Of a stretch of 64,000 bases of DNA, positions 29,597-46,664 are shown piece after piece. Positions within the stretch are counted from its first letter, which is position 1; the number at the start of each line of letters is the position of its first letter. The DNA is from Eledone cirrhosa. Lineage: Eukaryota. Location: the NCBI GenBank assembly GCA_964016885.1, contig OZ024746.1, forward strand, positions 66,030,001-66,094,000, read 5' to 3'. The position numbers and the translations under genes were made by a program. The notes below the pieces were generated by a model, which did not search any database, had not been told where the DNA came from, and saw nothing but the letters and a program-made list of their open reading frames with translations.

Positions 29597-29707
29597 TATA
29601 CCTCTCTGCCAATGTGTTGAACAGTTGAAAATATATAGTATTTGTTTAAGTATATATCGGCTGGGTAGCCTCATTTGCATACCGAAAGAGTTACGGGTGG
29701 CTATATA

Positions 29708-29828
<121 letters not shown>

Positions 29829-30320
29829 TCATTTGTATGTGTTTAATTACAGAGCGATAGACAAATTATAGTGATAAGAATCAAAAGAACATGGAGAAGA
29901 ATGATATCCTACAGATAAAAGATAGGTGTGAATAAAAATTTGTCTGGCATGAAAGGAGAATAATCGAAGGTCAAATATTAAGGATAGTGTATAAATTTGT
30001 ATGTCTGTGTGTATTTTCTTGATTGTGATTATTCATTTTGTGATATAATATCCTCAACATAATTAGGAGATTATACTACTCTACTTTGATGAATATGGCC
30101 ACTTTAATTTATTTTGCCATTATATAATATATATCATAAATAAATGAGAAATTAATAGATTTACAAATTGCTCATAATAGACATATTAATAACAGTAACC
30201 ATTTTTTCTGATTTAGCCACAACGCCAGCAATTATGGGGAGGAGAAAGGATGCAAGGCAAAATCTAAACTCGGTGGGATTTGAACTGAGAACATAAAGGG
30301 CTTTAAATATTTTCATCATG

Positions 30321-30418
30321 TATTGTACGACTTAGATATCGTCTATTCAATTATATACAGATACGCCTTGTACTTTTTATCTATATACATATATAAAAAC
30401 TCACACACACACACACGT

Positions 30419-30502
<84 letters not shown>

Positions 30503-30590
30503 CCTATTGTACGACTTAAATATCGTCCATTCAATTTTATATAGATACGCCTGGTACTTTTAATCTATATACATACATAAACACTCACAT
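30321..30590. repeat. Imperfect ~85-bp direct repeat separated by (TA)n
   Basis: tattgtacgactta.atatcgtc.attcaatt.tata.agatacgcct at 30321 and about 30504. Confidence 0.8.
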
Positions 30591-30620
30591 ACACACATGC
30601 ATACACACATACACACACAC

Positions 30621-30694
<74 letters not shown>

Positions 30695-31220
30695 ACTACC
30701 CCAAGTATTGAATACTCTGGTGCGCTATGGTCCATCTGGTCCCTTACAACACGTTTTATATATATATGTGTGTGTGTGTGTGCGCGCGCGCGCGTCTGTG
30801 TGTGTGAGTGTTTGCATGTATGTGTGTGCCTATGTATATAATGTCAGTAGGATTCATATCTGGACAGCACAACGGCAGTCGTGAGGAAGACGAGATAAGG
30901 AAAACAATTGATATTAACATATATTATGAACCGATCCGCGTGTAGGTTAATAGGAGGCTGATCTCTGTCTAAATATAGAAAATATTCTGTTGGCAATAAC
31001 ATCACCATGTTAGTGAGTATGCTGATGTAATTGAGCAGAAAATCTTGAATGGAATGTTTCTGTTAAATCGTGATATTAGTACGTTCAGAGCATTTGAGGG
31101 AGTTCCTTAGTTTTATAGGTCATAGTAATATTAAAAATGTAAAAGGTGTGACACATGCACGTACAGACAAACAGCTATTCCAATACAGATATAATCACAG
31201 ACTGCTTCACACACTGCTTC

Positions 31221-31256
<36 letters not shown>

Positions 31257-31329
31257 TGCTATACTTGGGGAGGGTCATATTTTTGTAATATTGCGAGAAT
31301 TAATAATATATGTATGTATATATAATTAA

Positions 31330-31508
31330 TAATTGTTTCTACTTTAGGCACAAGGCCAGCAATTACCCAGTGCATTACTGGTACTTTATTGTATCGACCC
31401 CGTAAGGATGAAAGGCAAAGTCAACCTCGGCGGGATTTGAACTCAGATCGTAAAGGGACGTAACTATGCTGGAAAGCATGGCGTCCGACCCTCTACCGAT
31501 ACTGCCAA
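31330..31508 (-). mobile_element. SINE, same family
   Basis: Family match. Confidence 0.9.
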
Positions 31509-31719
31509 TATAATTAATAATATATGTATATATATAAAACGGCGATGAATTATTTTGGCGAGGTTTTTGAGTGTTGGTGAGTCAATGGCAACATTGAGAA
31601 CAGAATAAATTAAATTACCGATATAAAAGACACAGAAGCGAAAAGCGAAAACCAACCAAACAGTGAATGTGTTCTGTTATTAATTCTGGCAATATTACAC
31701 AAATATGACCCTCCCCAAT

Positions 31720-31771
<52 letters not shown>

Positions 31772-31802
31772 GACACAGGCAGAGACATAAATATACACAC
31801 AT

Positions 31803-31833
<31 letters not shown>

Positions 31834-32268
31834 GATGTATGTGTTCTATTTCTCTTATATATATATATAATTAGCAGAAACAAAACAGTAAAATATAAAT
31901 GTGCGTGGACGGTGTCAAATACAAAGAAATACATATGTGCGAAATAAAAGACATTACACCTACTTTCCTTTCCTTAACTATTAGGTATCGTCATATTTTC
32001 GGTACTAACGATACTTAATTATCAGTTTTCCATTGTTTGTCATCAATTTAGGGATTAGGTATCCATTAATCATTGGTCACCGTTGTACCGAAGTTGCAAT
32101 TTGGGTGAACACTAATTTAACTCTGCTAATATTGCAATTCACTCAAGTGTATTGCCATCGTATTTATAATGAGACACTAGGCTGATAGAATTGCTTTTAA
32201 TATATATATATTAACAACGGTGGAATATTACTAATCCTTATAAGTGAATAATGTTATGACACAATTAT

Positions 32269-32457
32269 AAGGGCGGTGGATTGGCAGTCTCGGTAGAGGG
32301 TCGGACGCCATGCTTTCCAGCATAGTTGCGTCCCTTTACGATCTGAGTTCAAATCCCGCCGAGGTTGACTTTCCCTTTCATCCTTACTGGGTCGATAAAA
32401 TAAAGTACCAGTAATGCACTGGGTGATTGCTGGCCTTGTGCCTAAAGTAGAAACAGT
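32269..32457 (+). mobile_element. SINE, same family, full length
   Basis: Family match; TSD gttatgacacaattat. Confidence 0.92.
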
Positions 32458-33885
32458 TATGACACAATTATCATATTGTATTTATAGGTTTTATATACAA
32501 AACTTTCTTTTTGTATAAATGTGAATTTAGTGCATACGGTATTCGGTTCATGTTCATGAGTTCGATTCCCGGCGGTAATCTATCACTTTATTATTATTGT
32601 TATACTTATTGATAAAAGTATAATTACAGTCTAGGCATGGTAGACATTGCTATGAACAAAAAAGATTGGAATAATTTTTACATGTTTCACATCCAATTTG
32701 GCTGTATATTACAGAGATGTAGTTTTATATCCTCGCCCAAGTAGAGAAATATCCGTTCCTATTTTAAATTAAATGGACAGTTAATTTTACCTTATATTAA
32801 TTTGCTGGTGACCATGATGTTTAAATAATACCTATTTATATTAGAAAATATAAAATAAAATTTCTTTCGGTTAAATTACAATTTCTAAATCATAATCCTA
32901 TATATAAGAACCTAAACAAATCTAAATACAATTTCGTTATTCTCTCCGTCATGTTTCACCAGAAGACTGATTCATGGTTATTTTAAAGTAAGTTAAACAT
33001 TCAAACAATGTCATAATGCACATGTTTTCCTGCATTTGAATAGCAGGAAATATTCGTAGATATATATATTAATCATATTTTTATGAATCGATATTTTTAT
33101 AGATTTCAGTCATTGGACTGCCGTTGGGCGGGGGCAACGACCTCGATGGATTTTGTCAACCATATCATAAATATTCTTGCACCAATATTCACATACAAAC
33201 ACACAGATACACTCACATACTGCGCAAGAAACTTCTGCTAAATGGGATTGAAGAGATAACGGCGTAGAATATATTTTCAAATCACCATTACAATCTATAT
33301 CAAATATTCAATGTGAATAATGTATAGAACATCTTGCCATGGAAGGTATGTTTACCATGTCACTGCAATTGTTAGAAATTTCACCTAGAGCTCTCGCAAA
33401 TCTATACAAAACATTTAAAACTTTGTATGGGATAATATGTTAGATAATCTATTTGAAGGCTGCCTATCCCTATATGCCTGCTGTGAATCGTTTAATATTG
33501 GCTAAGATACGACACCATCAATATCAATAGCAACAACAACATAAATGCAACCACATCTGCAATACCTGCAGGAACAGCATCATCAGCAACAATAATTTAG
33601 ATAAAATTTAACAGATATATATATATCCAAACACGTTGTTAATGTATTTGACTTTTCTATACCTCAAATGATATAAATAGGCATAGAAAAACGAACACAA
33701 TATTGTATTGCAGATACATGCATATGGAGAATTTAATATTAAAATTTACAAATGAACTGTTACATGTATGTTTGCATATGCATTCTACAAGATTCGGCAA
33801 ATATACTGTATATGCACATATTTGTATATAGGTGCACATATAATGTATTCATATATGAGATTTGTTATAGTAGCAATAGGAGTAC

Positions 33886-33929
<44 letters not shown>

Positions 33930-33932
<3 letters not shown>

Positions 33933-34041
33933 GGAGGTGAGTTTTATTGTAGCACAATAAAGCAATGCAAATATCGGATAAGTAGCACTCTACAGTTTGT
34001 AGGACTGGAGTATAAATAATATAAGACCAACAGATGGTTAA
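33930..34041 (-). mobile_element. Isolated 3' tail of the 5.6-9.5 kb PLE family
   Basis: Reverse complement of about 9382-9492, embedded in (TA)n. Confidence 0.85.
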
Positions 34042-34825
<784 letters not shown>

Positions 34826-36499
34826 GTCTTTCTATTAAATCCTATCAATGATATTCAATGATTCAATGGAAGTATAGTTCAGTTATCATATTCACAAACT
34901 TCAAAATTAATCTCAGTGAGTTACATATTCTCTAATTCTATATATTCTGCAGATTGATGTCAAATAGAAAAAAATGGAAAGCATTAAAATGTCACCAATT
35001 GCAGTCTGAGAGTGAATAAAAAGGATTTGAAAGAACTCTTTGAAGAACGAAATGAAAATATTATTGAATCAAAGGTATAGTATTGATTTTTTTCTCCCCA
35101 TACAGCGGACATTAGATATAATATTCGATGTAAAACTGTAAAGGAAATTTTAGGTTATGATTCTTGTAATACTAAGAAAAAAGGATATTCTAATTCAGAC
35201 AGAAAAATACGTTATAGCAATGTTACATTATAATAGTCTTTGTTCTCAAAATAGGTTCAATGTCTAATACAAATGGTGCTTATTTTACATCGTCTACGAA
35301 TGCATGAACTATAACAGGATAAGCTCCAGCAATTCAATCAATATTTTCTAAATGAATAGTTTAAATGACATTTTTATTATACAATTTTGTATCATAATTT
35401 TTTCGTGTCTCAGAGGATTGATATTCCACGTAGCTCTCCTTAAGGAATCTTACTTATCTTTCGAAGACAATTTTTAGAAAGTGATATAAAATCTTGAAAA
35501 GTTTACAATCAAATTTCCCTAACGAATGAGTCTAGTACATCTCTTAAAATCATATATTCTGATAGCCATGTTCTCGTATTCTATTACATAGTCTGCATAT
35601 TTCATAAAATAATAAATGCAATAAAAAAGTTAGTTTCAGATGTCTGCTTATTCCGAACTAAATTCGTTTTCGGTTTATAATCGAAAGATTTTCTCCATTA
35701 TATCACTTTAGACTTTTAGTACAAATATAAAAAAATGGTGTGCATTGGTGGAAAATAAATTACTGCAGGATATAAATTTTGAGGAATAAAACAGTTGCAA
35801 ATGACAGACAGCGAATACTTCCAAACATAATTTTCCTTTAGCTAAGTTAAACATAGTTATGAATTTTAGACGTTTCGTGGTATCATTATGTAAATGTTCT
35901 CTTTTATGCATATTTTCTAAATTATATATTTAAATGCGACATTGCCTTGATGATTGGTTTCAACCGTATGAAAGATAAAACACAATCACTTTTGATAGGA
36001 CGTTATCTCAAGGCAGTCCGCCGTTGGCAGTGATTATCTAATCAAATAATTGCATGTAGTTTGAGGGATTTCTTTTTTTCTAGAAATGCACTTTAAGTTA
36101 TGAGACATTTTCAATCATATTCAGATATTTGCATATATTGTCGATATTAAAACTGAATGTAATACAAAATATACCAATGCTAACCATGTTCAATAAATGA
36201 CACACTATTATATACACAGCATGAATATTATATGGAATAATTAAGAAAGTTATATGTAATTATATTGAATATTATATCACAAAGACATCAGAGCAAATTA
36301 ATTATTCAACTAACATTGTCAATCAATGCTCCGTACTGTCTAATACAATCGACTGTGTAGAAAATCAACTAATGTCTGCAGAAAATAAAAAGCTTTTTAT
36401 AAACTAATGCACTATAAGTTACTCAGAATTTAATACGCACAATAACGTTCAATATTTTGACTGAATATAATATAATTGCAGTTACATTATGAACCAAAC

Positions 36500-37860
36500 T
36501 CTTTAGTTTTGTGACCATTGCAGTCTGGATACTCATGGCAGGGAATCCAGCGGTGGTGGAGTGTTCGGGTGTCTCACTAACTTCTAGGCTTAAAGGGCAA
36601 TATCACTTCCTTCTGCATCCCTGCTCTCGCGAGTCGCAAGCCATCCTGTGCAGTCCACCGACGCCCAATCAGCGCGGCCAGCCCACTCTAGACTGTACGA
36701 AACGTCTCCACAACAGAGTCAACCTCAAACAAATTCAAGGCGACATTTCAGCTAAGGTTTGTGAGCTGAGCCTGAGCGCCACTATACCCCGATAATCACC
36801 GGTTGTCCTAGTAGCGCTCGGTCATATACACGCGGACGCCCCAGCTGAGATCAGGAGCATCTAAGCCCCGGCCGGTAAACTTTCCTTGGTGGCGTCTTGT
36901 AAGGATGTATTAGCTACCCTGGGATCTTTCCATTGAGCAGCAGTGACAGAGTAGACGGCCTGCGACCCGGCCACCTCAGCGACCTTCTCGCCAAACGCTG
37001 TTGAGGCAGGAGCATGCTTGTCTCAATCAATCACAGCTCTCACCAACTGTTTGCTTCACGCTAACCTGCTCTGACATACCTGCAATATTTTCTCCTCAGC
37101 CAGTCTGACCTATCTGGGAATAAATGATTGAGGTGCCTGTCCCATCGCAGTGTGTAGCGTCTTCCGAGCACTTGCAGATATGCTTGCAAATATGACCTGA
37201 GCGAGGAGCTAAGCTCTGTCCAAATTGAAGTGGAAGAGCAATGTGTATGTGAGATGGCAGCACATGCGATCGGAGAGTTTATAGAGTACCCGCCTTCTTC
37301 GTCACCCAACGTCCTAGTTATGCTGGACAGGAGAAACGATTTCGATACAGTTAGGCGGGATTACATCTTATAGACATGCCTTAAACAAGCCCCTGCTATA
37401 TTCCCTTTTGCTCAACTCTTCTATGGAACACTCACCATACACCCAGTATATTCATGGCCGCTGACAACAAGGTTATTTCCGCTACCGGTTTCCACAAATA
37501 AGACCCACTCAGCACACTTCTATTTGCGCTCAGTCTTCAACGTTGATCTCCCTGCACGGTTGCCCTCTCTGCACAATACAACGTTGGATGGCTCGGTTGA
37601 ATCGGTAGTTATGGACCTTCGACAAACCATCCTAGCTCTAAAGCCCCTCGGATCCGATATCAACACATCCAAGTCCGAGCAAATAAACGCTAACTACGGT
37701 GAAGCCGAATTCCACGATGCCCTGATCAGCATCCATCCGGTAATTTCTAGAGCTCGGCTAATGTCCAGTTACTCTGCCTGCATTCTCCGCTCTCCGATTC
37801 ACCCTTCCAGATTTTCTCAACACTGCACGGAACGCATTATCACCTTCTCATATAATCGAA
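36500..37860 (+). mobile_element. Decayed CRE-like non-LTR retrotransposon RT remnant with internal inversion
   Basis: GC-richer island with DGLRPGHL, DFDTVRRD, SATGFHK*DPLSTLLF and TLDGSVESV..DL...LG..INTSKSE on the plus strand. A GG...PIAC motif occurs on the minus strand at about 37050-37310. Confidence 0.6.
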
Positions 37861-37970
37861 TTGATAAACATATTTGAGCAACATGTCCATACCATGTCAA
37901 CAATTATCCGGGACTTATACATAGGCAAATATATAAAGATAAACCGTTCAGATATAATTCCCCTCGATAA

Positions 37971-38069
37971 TAATTGTTTCTACTTTTGGCACAAGGCCAG
38001 CAATTACCCAGTACATTACTAGTACTTTATTTTATCGACCCCGTAAGGATGAAAGGCAAAGTTAACCTC
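37971..38069 (-). mobile_element. SINE 3' half
   Basis: Family match; TSD cccctcgataataat. Confidence 0.88.
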
Positions 38070-38467
38070 CCCTCGATAATAATGAAAAAATATATGTACT
38101 CTATAAGAAATTTAGATACCTCATGAACAAATCATCTCCCGAAATGAGGGCGAGAAACATTGGACATTGCAATAGATAGATTGTTGACTACTGAATTGAG
38201 AACAGGATGAATAATTATTTCTACTTTTGGTACAAAGCCAGAAAAACATGGCGAATAATAGTTGGAGCTGAAGTTATGATATTAAGCTTTTCGAAAATGT
38301 ATTAACAACAATAAAAAAATATACCAGGGCATTAATAAAAGGCATTAACAAAAAAATATACCCCAGCATTATATTCCTCACAACGTATAGATCTGCAAAG
38401 AACAACAATCCTGAGCAAGACATTTTAAATAAATGAGAAGAGCTCTATACAACACACACACATACAC

Positions 38468-38535
<68 letters not shown>

Positions 38536-39175
38536 ATGTGCGTGTGTGTTTGTCTGACTGCGTGTGTGTATTTGCGTAGTAATATAATTATTACGAGTGA
38601 TATTACAACGTATTTATTCATCAAATAAATATCCTGAGCAAACAATGACTATAAAACCTGATTGAAATCGTAATACACGTGTAAAAACTACGGTAATAAA
38701 CACACGATTGTTCGTAATAAGCTTCATAATTGTTTGAACTGATTTCACTCTTCCCTCTATAATCTCGATTGAAGTGTTATTTCAATGATTGATTCGATTG
38801 ACTGTGAAATGTCAAGCAATAAATATTATTTATGTACAATGAATTCAGCATTAATTTTATCATATTCATCATATCAGTTAATCTTCAATTATTTTACTGC
38901 CATATTTTTGATTTGAGTTCGTACTAATATCTACAAGAGAGATTGAGTGTAGGTAAATATGAGAAGGACTTACACGTTTCTCGCTTTTCCCTGCAGTCTA
39001 TATATATCAAACTAACCTTTTAAGTCCGCCATTCTTTGATCAATCCGAAATGAATAGCTCCATCAGTTTCTGTCAAAATAGTACACAAACCTTTCCTTGT
39101 GGATCAATGCCTAGCTATATGCATTTCCATATGTGTACAGAAGATCCGATCTTAGATGGCTAAATAGATTTCTAC

Positions 39176-39222
<47 letters not shown>

Positions 39223-39334
39223 AACGAGTAGGACACCGACGGCTGAGCTCAAACCGTTTAGACGGCTAATTCTGGACTAATTCTTATATACTGGTGGTAT
39301 ATATATATATATATATATAGTTTTAATATAGAAG

Positions 39335-39385
39335 AGATTCTACAGGACTAGAACTGTTTCATTCATTAGAAATCATCAGGAATCT
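39335..39385 (-). ncRNA. Type I hammerhead ribozyme
   Basis: agattc-CTGATGA-t-ttc-taat-gaa-t-GAAACAG-ttctagtc-CTGTA-gaatct, with all core bases present. Confidence 0.9.
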
Positions 39386-39894
39386 GGGTATCAAAAAATA
39401 AATATGGTATTTATAGGTCTCTACAAGTGGTAGGAGAGGGTGGGGAGTGGGATGGGTGCAAGTCATTGGTTGATAGAAAAGGGAATTCATTAAAAGCTAA
39501 TTCTACAAGGCTATAGTTTATTTTTATATTTATTTATATTTATTTATGTTTTTAGAGTAACAAAGGCAGACAGAATTCTATAAACAGGTTCCGGATGGCA
39601 TACCATTCCTTGTCAATAAGTTTCTCTTAAGCTAACAGATGTCTATAAAGTCAGTGGGGGGGGTCAGTCATGGTCGATAGAATTAAAGAAAAGGGAGATT
39701 CTTTAAAAGCTAAAGTCATTAAGGTTCTACTAAGTGACAAAGGTCTAGAGAATTCTGCAGACAGATTCAAAATACTGAGTGCATATCTTACTATTATCTT
39801 CGAACTTCTCTTAAACTAATCAACTATATGCCAAAAATCAACAGACACATTCACAAAAAAACAAAAAAACAAAAAAACCAAAAAACACATACTC

Positions 39895-42095
<2,201 letters not shown>

Positions 42096-42272
42096 GTAAA
42101 TAGGTACTCAATAAATATACGCAAATACGCAGGCACATAAAGACACCTCTACAGGCAGAAAATGTAGATACGAAAGAGGTACTCACATAACCATAGTGGC
42201 CGTGTTTCAGGTTGAGGAGGGGTGGGGGTAGGGTGGGGAGGAGGTATAGGGGCCAATAGGGGGAGGTCGTTT

Positions 42273-44414
42273 TTAGCCATCGGGCTTTAACACTGGCTTA
42301 AAGTGTTTGAATGTTGCAAAGTACTTGTGCATGCAGTTCGGGCAGTGTTCAGAGAGTTTGTTCAGTAGCGGGCCCTTGGCGAATAAAATTTCGTAGCTCT
42401 CTGAAATACAAAGGTCGCAGCCCTTGTGTCCTCCGTTGTAAGAGCGCGCTTGCTGGAGTATTTTCCAATTAAGCGTGAAGGGGGTGGAGTTCCTTTTGAG
42501 GTCCCAAACGTAGGAGGCGAGTGTTGTTTGATTTGATTTATCCGGTCTGCTGAAGGAGTGGGTATGGGCATACCAACGGGTCTTAAAGTTGTTGGAGGTC
42601 ATGCCGATGTAAGTTTTTTTGCAATCCTCGGTGCCTGAGATGACATCGCATTTGTATACGATGTCATTTGTGAGGCATTTGTTTTCTAGTGGGCATGCTT
42701 CCTTATTAAGGCAATTACATAGAGCCCCAGTCCGGGGATTGGTTTCGGAGGTGGTTGGCTTATTTAGTTTAGAGTTGTGGTTGGCTATATTCCTAGCTAG
42801 GTTAGGTGTGGTGGAGAAAGACAGTCTTATAGTGTTCTTATTAAAGATGGTGAAGTACCTATGTTGTATGGGGAAGTGTAATTTCAGTAAAGTGAAGAAA
42901 ATCCTAGCTATCGGAGTAGATACCTCTCTATTGAAGGGAGGGTTGTACCAGCTAATCTGCCTATGTCTATTCCTCCTCTGCAATTTTGCGGTGGTTTCTA
43001 GGTAAGTTATCTTATCTTTAAATCCGCTACGGGCTAGGGCGTCATTGTAGTAGGAGGCAGATGCATTAAAAATATCTTTGTTGGCGGAGAGGCCAGATAT
43101 TCTAATAGATACGCTTTTTAATAGGTTATCAGTGATGTTTTGGGGGTGGTTAGAATTAACATTAATATATTTAAGGGACTCGTTAGGTTTGTGGTACGGG
43201 TAATAGAGGGAAGTATCTAGGTCGAGAGTGACATCTAAGAAGTTGGCCCTAGTCAAATTAGAATCTATAGTTATACTAAATCCTAGATTAGAGAAGAAAG
43301 AGCTTAAGTTTTTCCGAAACCCATCGGTGGTTCTGGGGCTAACCTTATGCAGGGCGAAGAGGCCGTCGTCTCGGTATAAACCTCCAGTTAGGCCGGTAAA
43401 GAGGTTCTTCAGGTTATGTAGGATGTACAGGCCCACAAGATCGCTAATTTCAGCCGAGTCGCTCGCCCCCATGCTAACGTCAAATGGGGTCTGAGATTTC
43501 TTGTTGATCCAGTAAGATCCATCGTGGTATAGAAAGGTCTTACGAGCGTGGAGGATAATAACTTGCTCAGCATCGGTAATGGTGGTAAAATTCCTGGCAA
43601 AGTTAATTGCGTCCTTCAGGAGGGGCTCCGAGATAGAGGCATAGTAGTTTTCTATGTCGAGTTGCAGGAAGCGAGTGTGGTGTTTATCGGGTAATTCTTG
43701 GAACCATGATATTGCCTCAGATGTTCTACTCCAGAGTGGAAGTGGTGAGGCTGCCCGCAATGATGGTAGAACTCTATCCAGGATCTTCTTACTGATAGAG
43801 CCGATGTCAGAACGAGTGGGGTTGATAAGTCTGACTGATGGTTTGTTGAGGAAATTTCCCTTATGGTCCTTCAGGGTAAAGTGCGGGGTCTTTACCCTTA
43901 AAGGTTCGGTTCGGTCATGTAATTTAAGGGACTTGGCGATTTCTTTTCCGGCCGCGGTTGTCTCAGTCAGCGCCCTCTCTATTACCTTTTTGTAGGTGGT
44001 CGTGATGGTATTTTTTGCCAGCTTGTTGTAGGTCTGTGGGTCTACCTCATAAACGTTTTTGGTTTTATCGGAGGAGACATAAAGATTAGGAGATTTTTTT
44101 ATTTTCCGTAATTCGGCATTTAAGTAGGCCTGGAATGGTGTGGTGGCTCTACGGAATTTAATATCCTTGATCATCTTGAAGAGGTCTTCTTCAAATGGTT
44201 GGAGTAGGCTGTTGGTGGGTGGTGTCTTATTCGTTTTGAAGCCGAACTTCTCATCATTGGTAGATGCTACATCAGGGTTGTCTAGGAAGAAGGCCCTCCA
44301 TCTAATTCGCTTGATGAACTCGTCGGTAAGTCTGATGAGTGTTTTTAAGTATAGTTTCCTTGGAGGGATAGGGATGTTCTTCAAGGAAATATCAAGGTCG
44401 AGTTTGGTCAGCAT
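42273..44414 (-). CDS. PLE polyprotein, 713 aa from the first ATG: reverse transcriptase plus C-terminal GIY-YIG endonuclease (Hydra-clade-like)
   Basis: SLKNIP N-terminus, [33 protein letters not shown], a CxCx5C linker, IVY...YIGMT...[18 protein letters not shown]. Confidence 0.95.
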   Translation of the reverse strand: MLTKLDLDISLKNIPIPPRKLYLKTLIRLTDEFIKRIRWRAFFLDNPDVASTNDEKFGFKTNKTPPTNSLLQPFEEDLFKMIKDIKFRRATTPFQAYLNAELRKIKKSPNLYVSSDKTKNVYEVDPQTYNKLAKNTITTTYKKVIERALTETTAAGKEIAKSLKLHDRTEPLRVKTPHFTLKDHKGNFLNKPSVRLINPTRSDIGSISKKILDRVLPSLRAASPLPLWSRTSEAISWFQELPDKHHTRFLQLDIENYYASISEPLLKDAINFARNFTTITDAEQVIILHARKTFLYHDGSYWINKKSQTPFDVSMGASDSAEISDLVGLYILHNLKNLFTGLTGGLYRDDGLFALHKVSPRTTDGFRKNLSSFFSNLGFSITIDSNLTRANFLDVTLDLDTSLYYPYHKPNESLKYINVNSNHPQNITDNLLKSVSIRISGLSANKDIFNASASYYNDALARSGFKDKITYLETTAKLQRRNRHRQISWYNPPFNREVSTPIARIFFTLLKLHFPIQHRYFTIFNKNTIRLSFSTTPNLARNIANHNSKLNKPTTSETNPRTGALCNCLNKEACPLENKCLTNDIVYKCDVISGTEDCKKTYIGMTSNNFKTRWYAHTHSFSRPDKSNQTTLASYVWDLKRNSTPFTLNWKILQQARSYNGGHKGCDLCISESYEILFAKGPLLNKLSEHCPNCMHKYFATFKHFKPVLKPDG

Positions 44415-44544
44415 GGTTTCTTGATGATGGTTATAAGGGGCACAGAGAGTGCTAAAATGTACGTTATTCCGGGTTGAATCGGAGGTAACCACAGTAAGTA
44501 AGGTACTCAATACATGGCAGAGTATAACAGTTTTAATATAGAAG

Positions 44545-44595
44545 AGATTCTACAGGACTAGAACTGTTTCATTCATTAGAAATCATCAGGAATCT
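44545..44595 (-). ncRNA. Type I hammerhead ribozyme
   Basis: Identical copy upstream of the ORF. Confidence 0.9.
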
Positions 44596-44617
44596 GGGTA
44601 TCAAAAAATAAATAAGG

Positions 44618-44679
44618 TATTTATAGGTCTCTACAAGTGGTAGGAGAGGGTGGGGAGTGGGATGGGTGCAGGTCATTGG
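44618..44679 (-). promoter_or_regulatory. Putative Pol II promoter in the pseudo-LTR (CCAAT plus TATAAATA)
   Basis: CCAAT at 44679-44675 and TATAAATA at 44625-44618, 30 nt before HHR stem I. The same spacing is conserved in the diverged 25-kb family. Confidence 0.6.
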
Positions 44680-45274
44680 TTGATAGAAAAGGGAATTCAT
44701 TAAAAGCTAATTCTACAAGGCTATAGTTTATTTTTATTTTTATTTATATTTATTTATGTTTTTAGAGTAACAAAGGCAGACAGAATTCTATAAACAGGTT
44801 CCGGATGGCATACCATTCCTTGTCAATAAGTTTCTCTTAAGCTAACAGATGTCTATAAAGTCAGTGGGGGGTCAGTCAGGGTCGATAGAATTAAAGAAAA
44901 GGGAGATTCTTTAAAAGCTAAAGTCATTAAGGTTCTACTAAGTGACAAAGGTCTAGAGAATTCTGCAGACAGATTCAAAATACTGAGTGCATATCTTACT
45001 ATTATCTTCGAACTTCTCTTAAACTAATCAACTATATGCCAAAAATCAACAGACACATTCACAAAAAAAACAAAAATCAAAAAAACAAAAAAACACATAC
45101 TCACTCACACACTTATGCGCAACCATAAACACACACACAAACACATATACACACATAAAAACACACACACATATATAAAAAATATATAAATATATATAAA
45201 TATAAATATATATTCATGTACACGCACATACATACACACATACATACATACATACATATACAATACATATACAC

Positions 45275-45347
<73 letters not shown>

Positions 45348-45374
45348 TACATATATACATATACACAGATGCAA

Positions 45375-45431
<57 letters not shown>

Positions 45432-45623
45432 GATACACACACACATACACATACATACACACACACACATACATAGATACACAAGTAAATACACTCACAC
45501 GCATACATACAAACACGAGTATACTCAGCAATGAGTTCTGCGCATTCCTTGGGATCGTCAGTGATCTGGCTTGTGTGGGGATTGCGAAGAGGACCAACTT
45601 GTGTTTTTATATATATGTATATA

Positions 45624-45668
<45 letters not shown>

Positions 45669-45671
45669 TTG

Positions 45672-45708
<37 letters not shown>

Positions 45709-45827
45709 ATGTGTGTATAAATATTTATACATATGTATACTCGTGTTTGTATGTATGCGTGTGAGTGTATTTACTTGTGTATCTACGTATGTGTGTGTGT
45801 GTATGTATGTGTATGTGTGTGTGTATC

Positions 45828-45884
<57 letters not shown>

Positions 45885-45907
45885 ATCTGTGTATATGTAT
45901 ATATGTA

Positions 45908-45950
<43 letters not shown>

Positions 45951-46613
45951 GTGTATATGTATTGTATATGTATGTATGTATGTATGTGTGTATGTATGTG
46001 CGTGTACATGAATATATATTTATATTTATATATATTTATATATTTTTTATATATGTGTGTGTGTTTTTATGTGTGTATATGTGTTTGTGTGTGTGTTTAT
46101 GGTTGCGCATAAGTGTGTGAGTGAGTATGTGTTTTTTTGTTTTTTTGTGAATGTGTCTGTTGATTTTTGGCATATAGTTGATTAGTTTAAGAGAAGTTCG
46201 AAGATAATAGTAAGATATGCACTCAGTATTTTGAATCTGTCTGCAGAATTCTCTAGACCTTTGTCACGTAGTAGAACCTTAATGACTTTAGCTTTTAAAG
46301 AATCTCCCTTTTCTTTAATTCTATCGACCCTGACTGACCCCCCACTGACTTTATAGACATCTGTTAGCTTAAGAGAAACTTATTGACAAGGAATGGTATG
46401 CCATCCGGAACCTGTTTATAGAATTCTGTCTGCCTTTGTTACTCTAAAAACATAAATAAATATAAATAAAAATAAAAATAAACTATAGCCTTGTAGAATT
46501 AGCTTTTAATGAATTCCCTTTTCTATCAACCAATGACCTGCACCGATCCCACTCCCCACCCTCTCCTACCACTTGTAGAGACCTATAAATACCATATTTA
46601 TTTTTTGATACCC

Positions 46614-46664
46614 AGATTCCTGATGATTTCTAATGAATGAAACAGTTCTAGTCCTGTAGAATCT
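46614..46664 (+). ncRNA. Type I hammerhead ribozyme
   Basis: Identical copy; predicted cleavage after GUA at 46658. Confidence 0.9.

Noticed and set aside
42619-44424. Plus-strand ORFs antisense to the PLE ORF, and similar ones antisense to the LINE
   Set aside because: Shadow ORFs of coding sequence with no independent evidence.
44415-44510. 32-aa N-terminal extension of the PLE ORF from a TTG start
   Set aside because: TTG initiation is unlikely in an animal and the stretch overlaps the pseudo-LTR tail, so the first ATG at 44414 is preferred.
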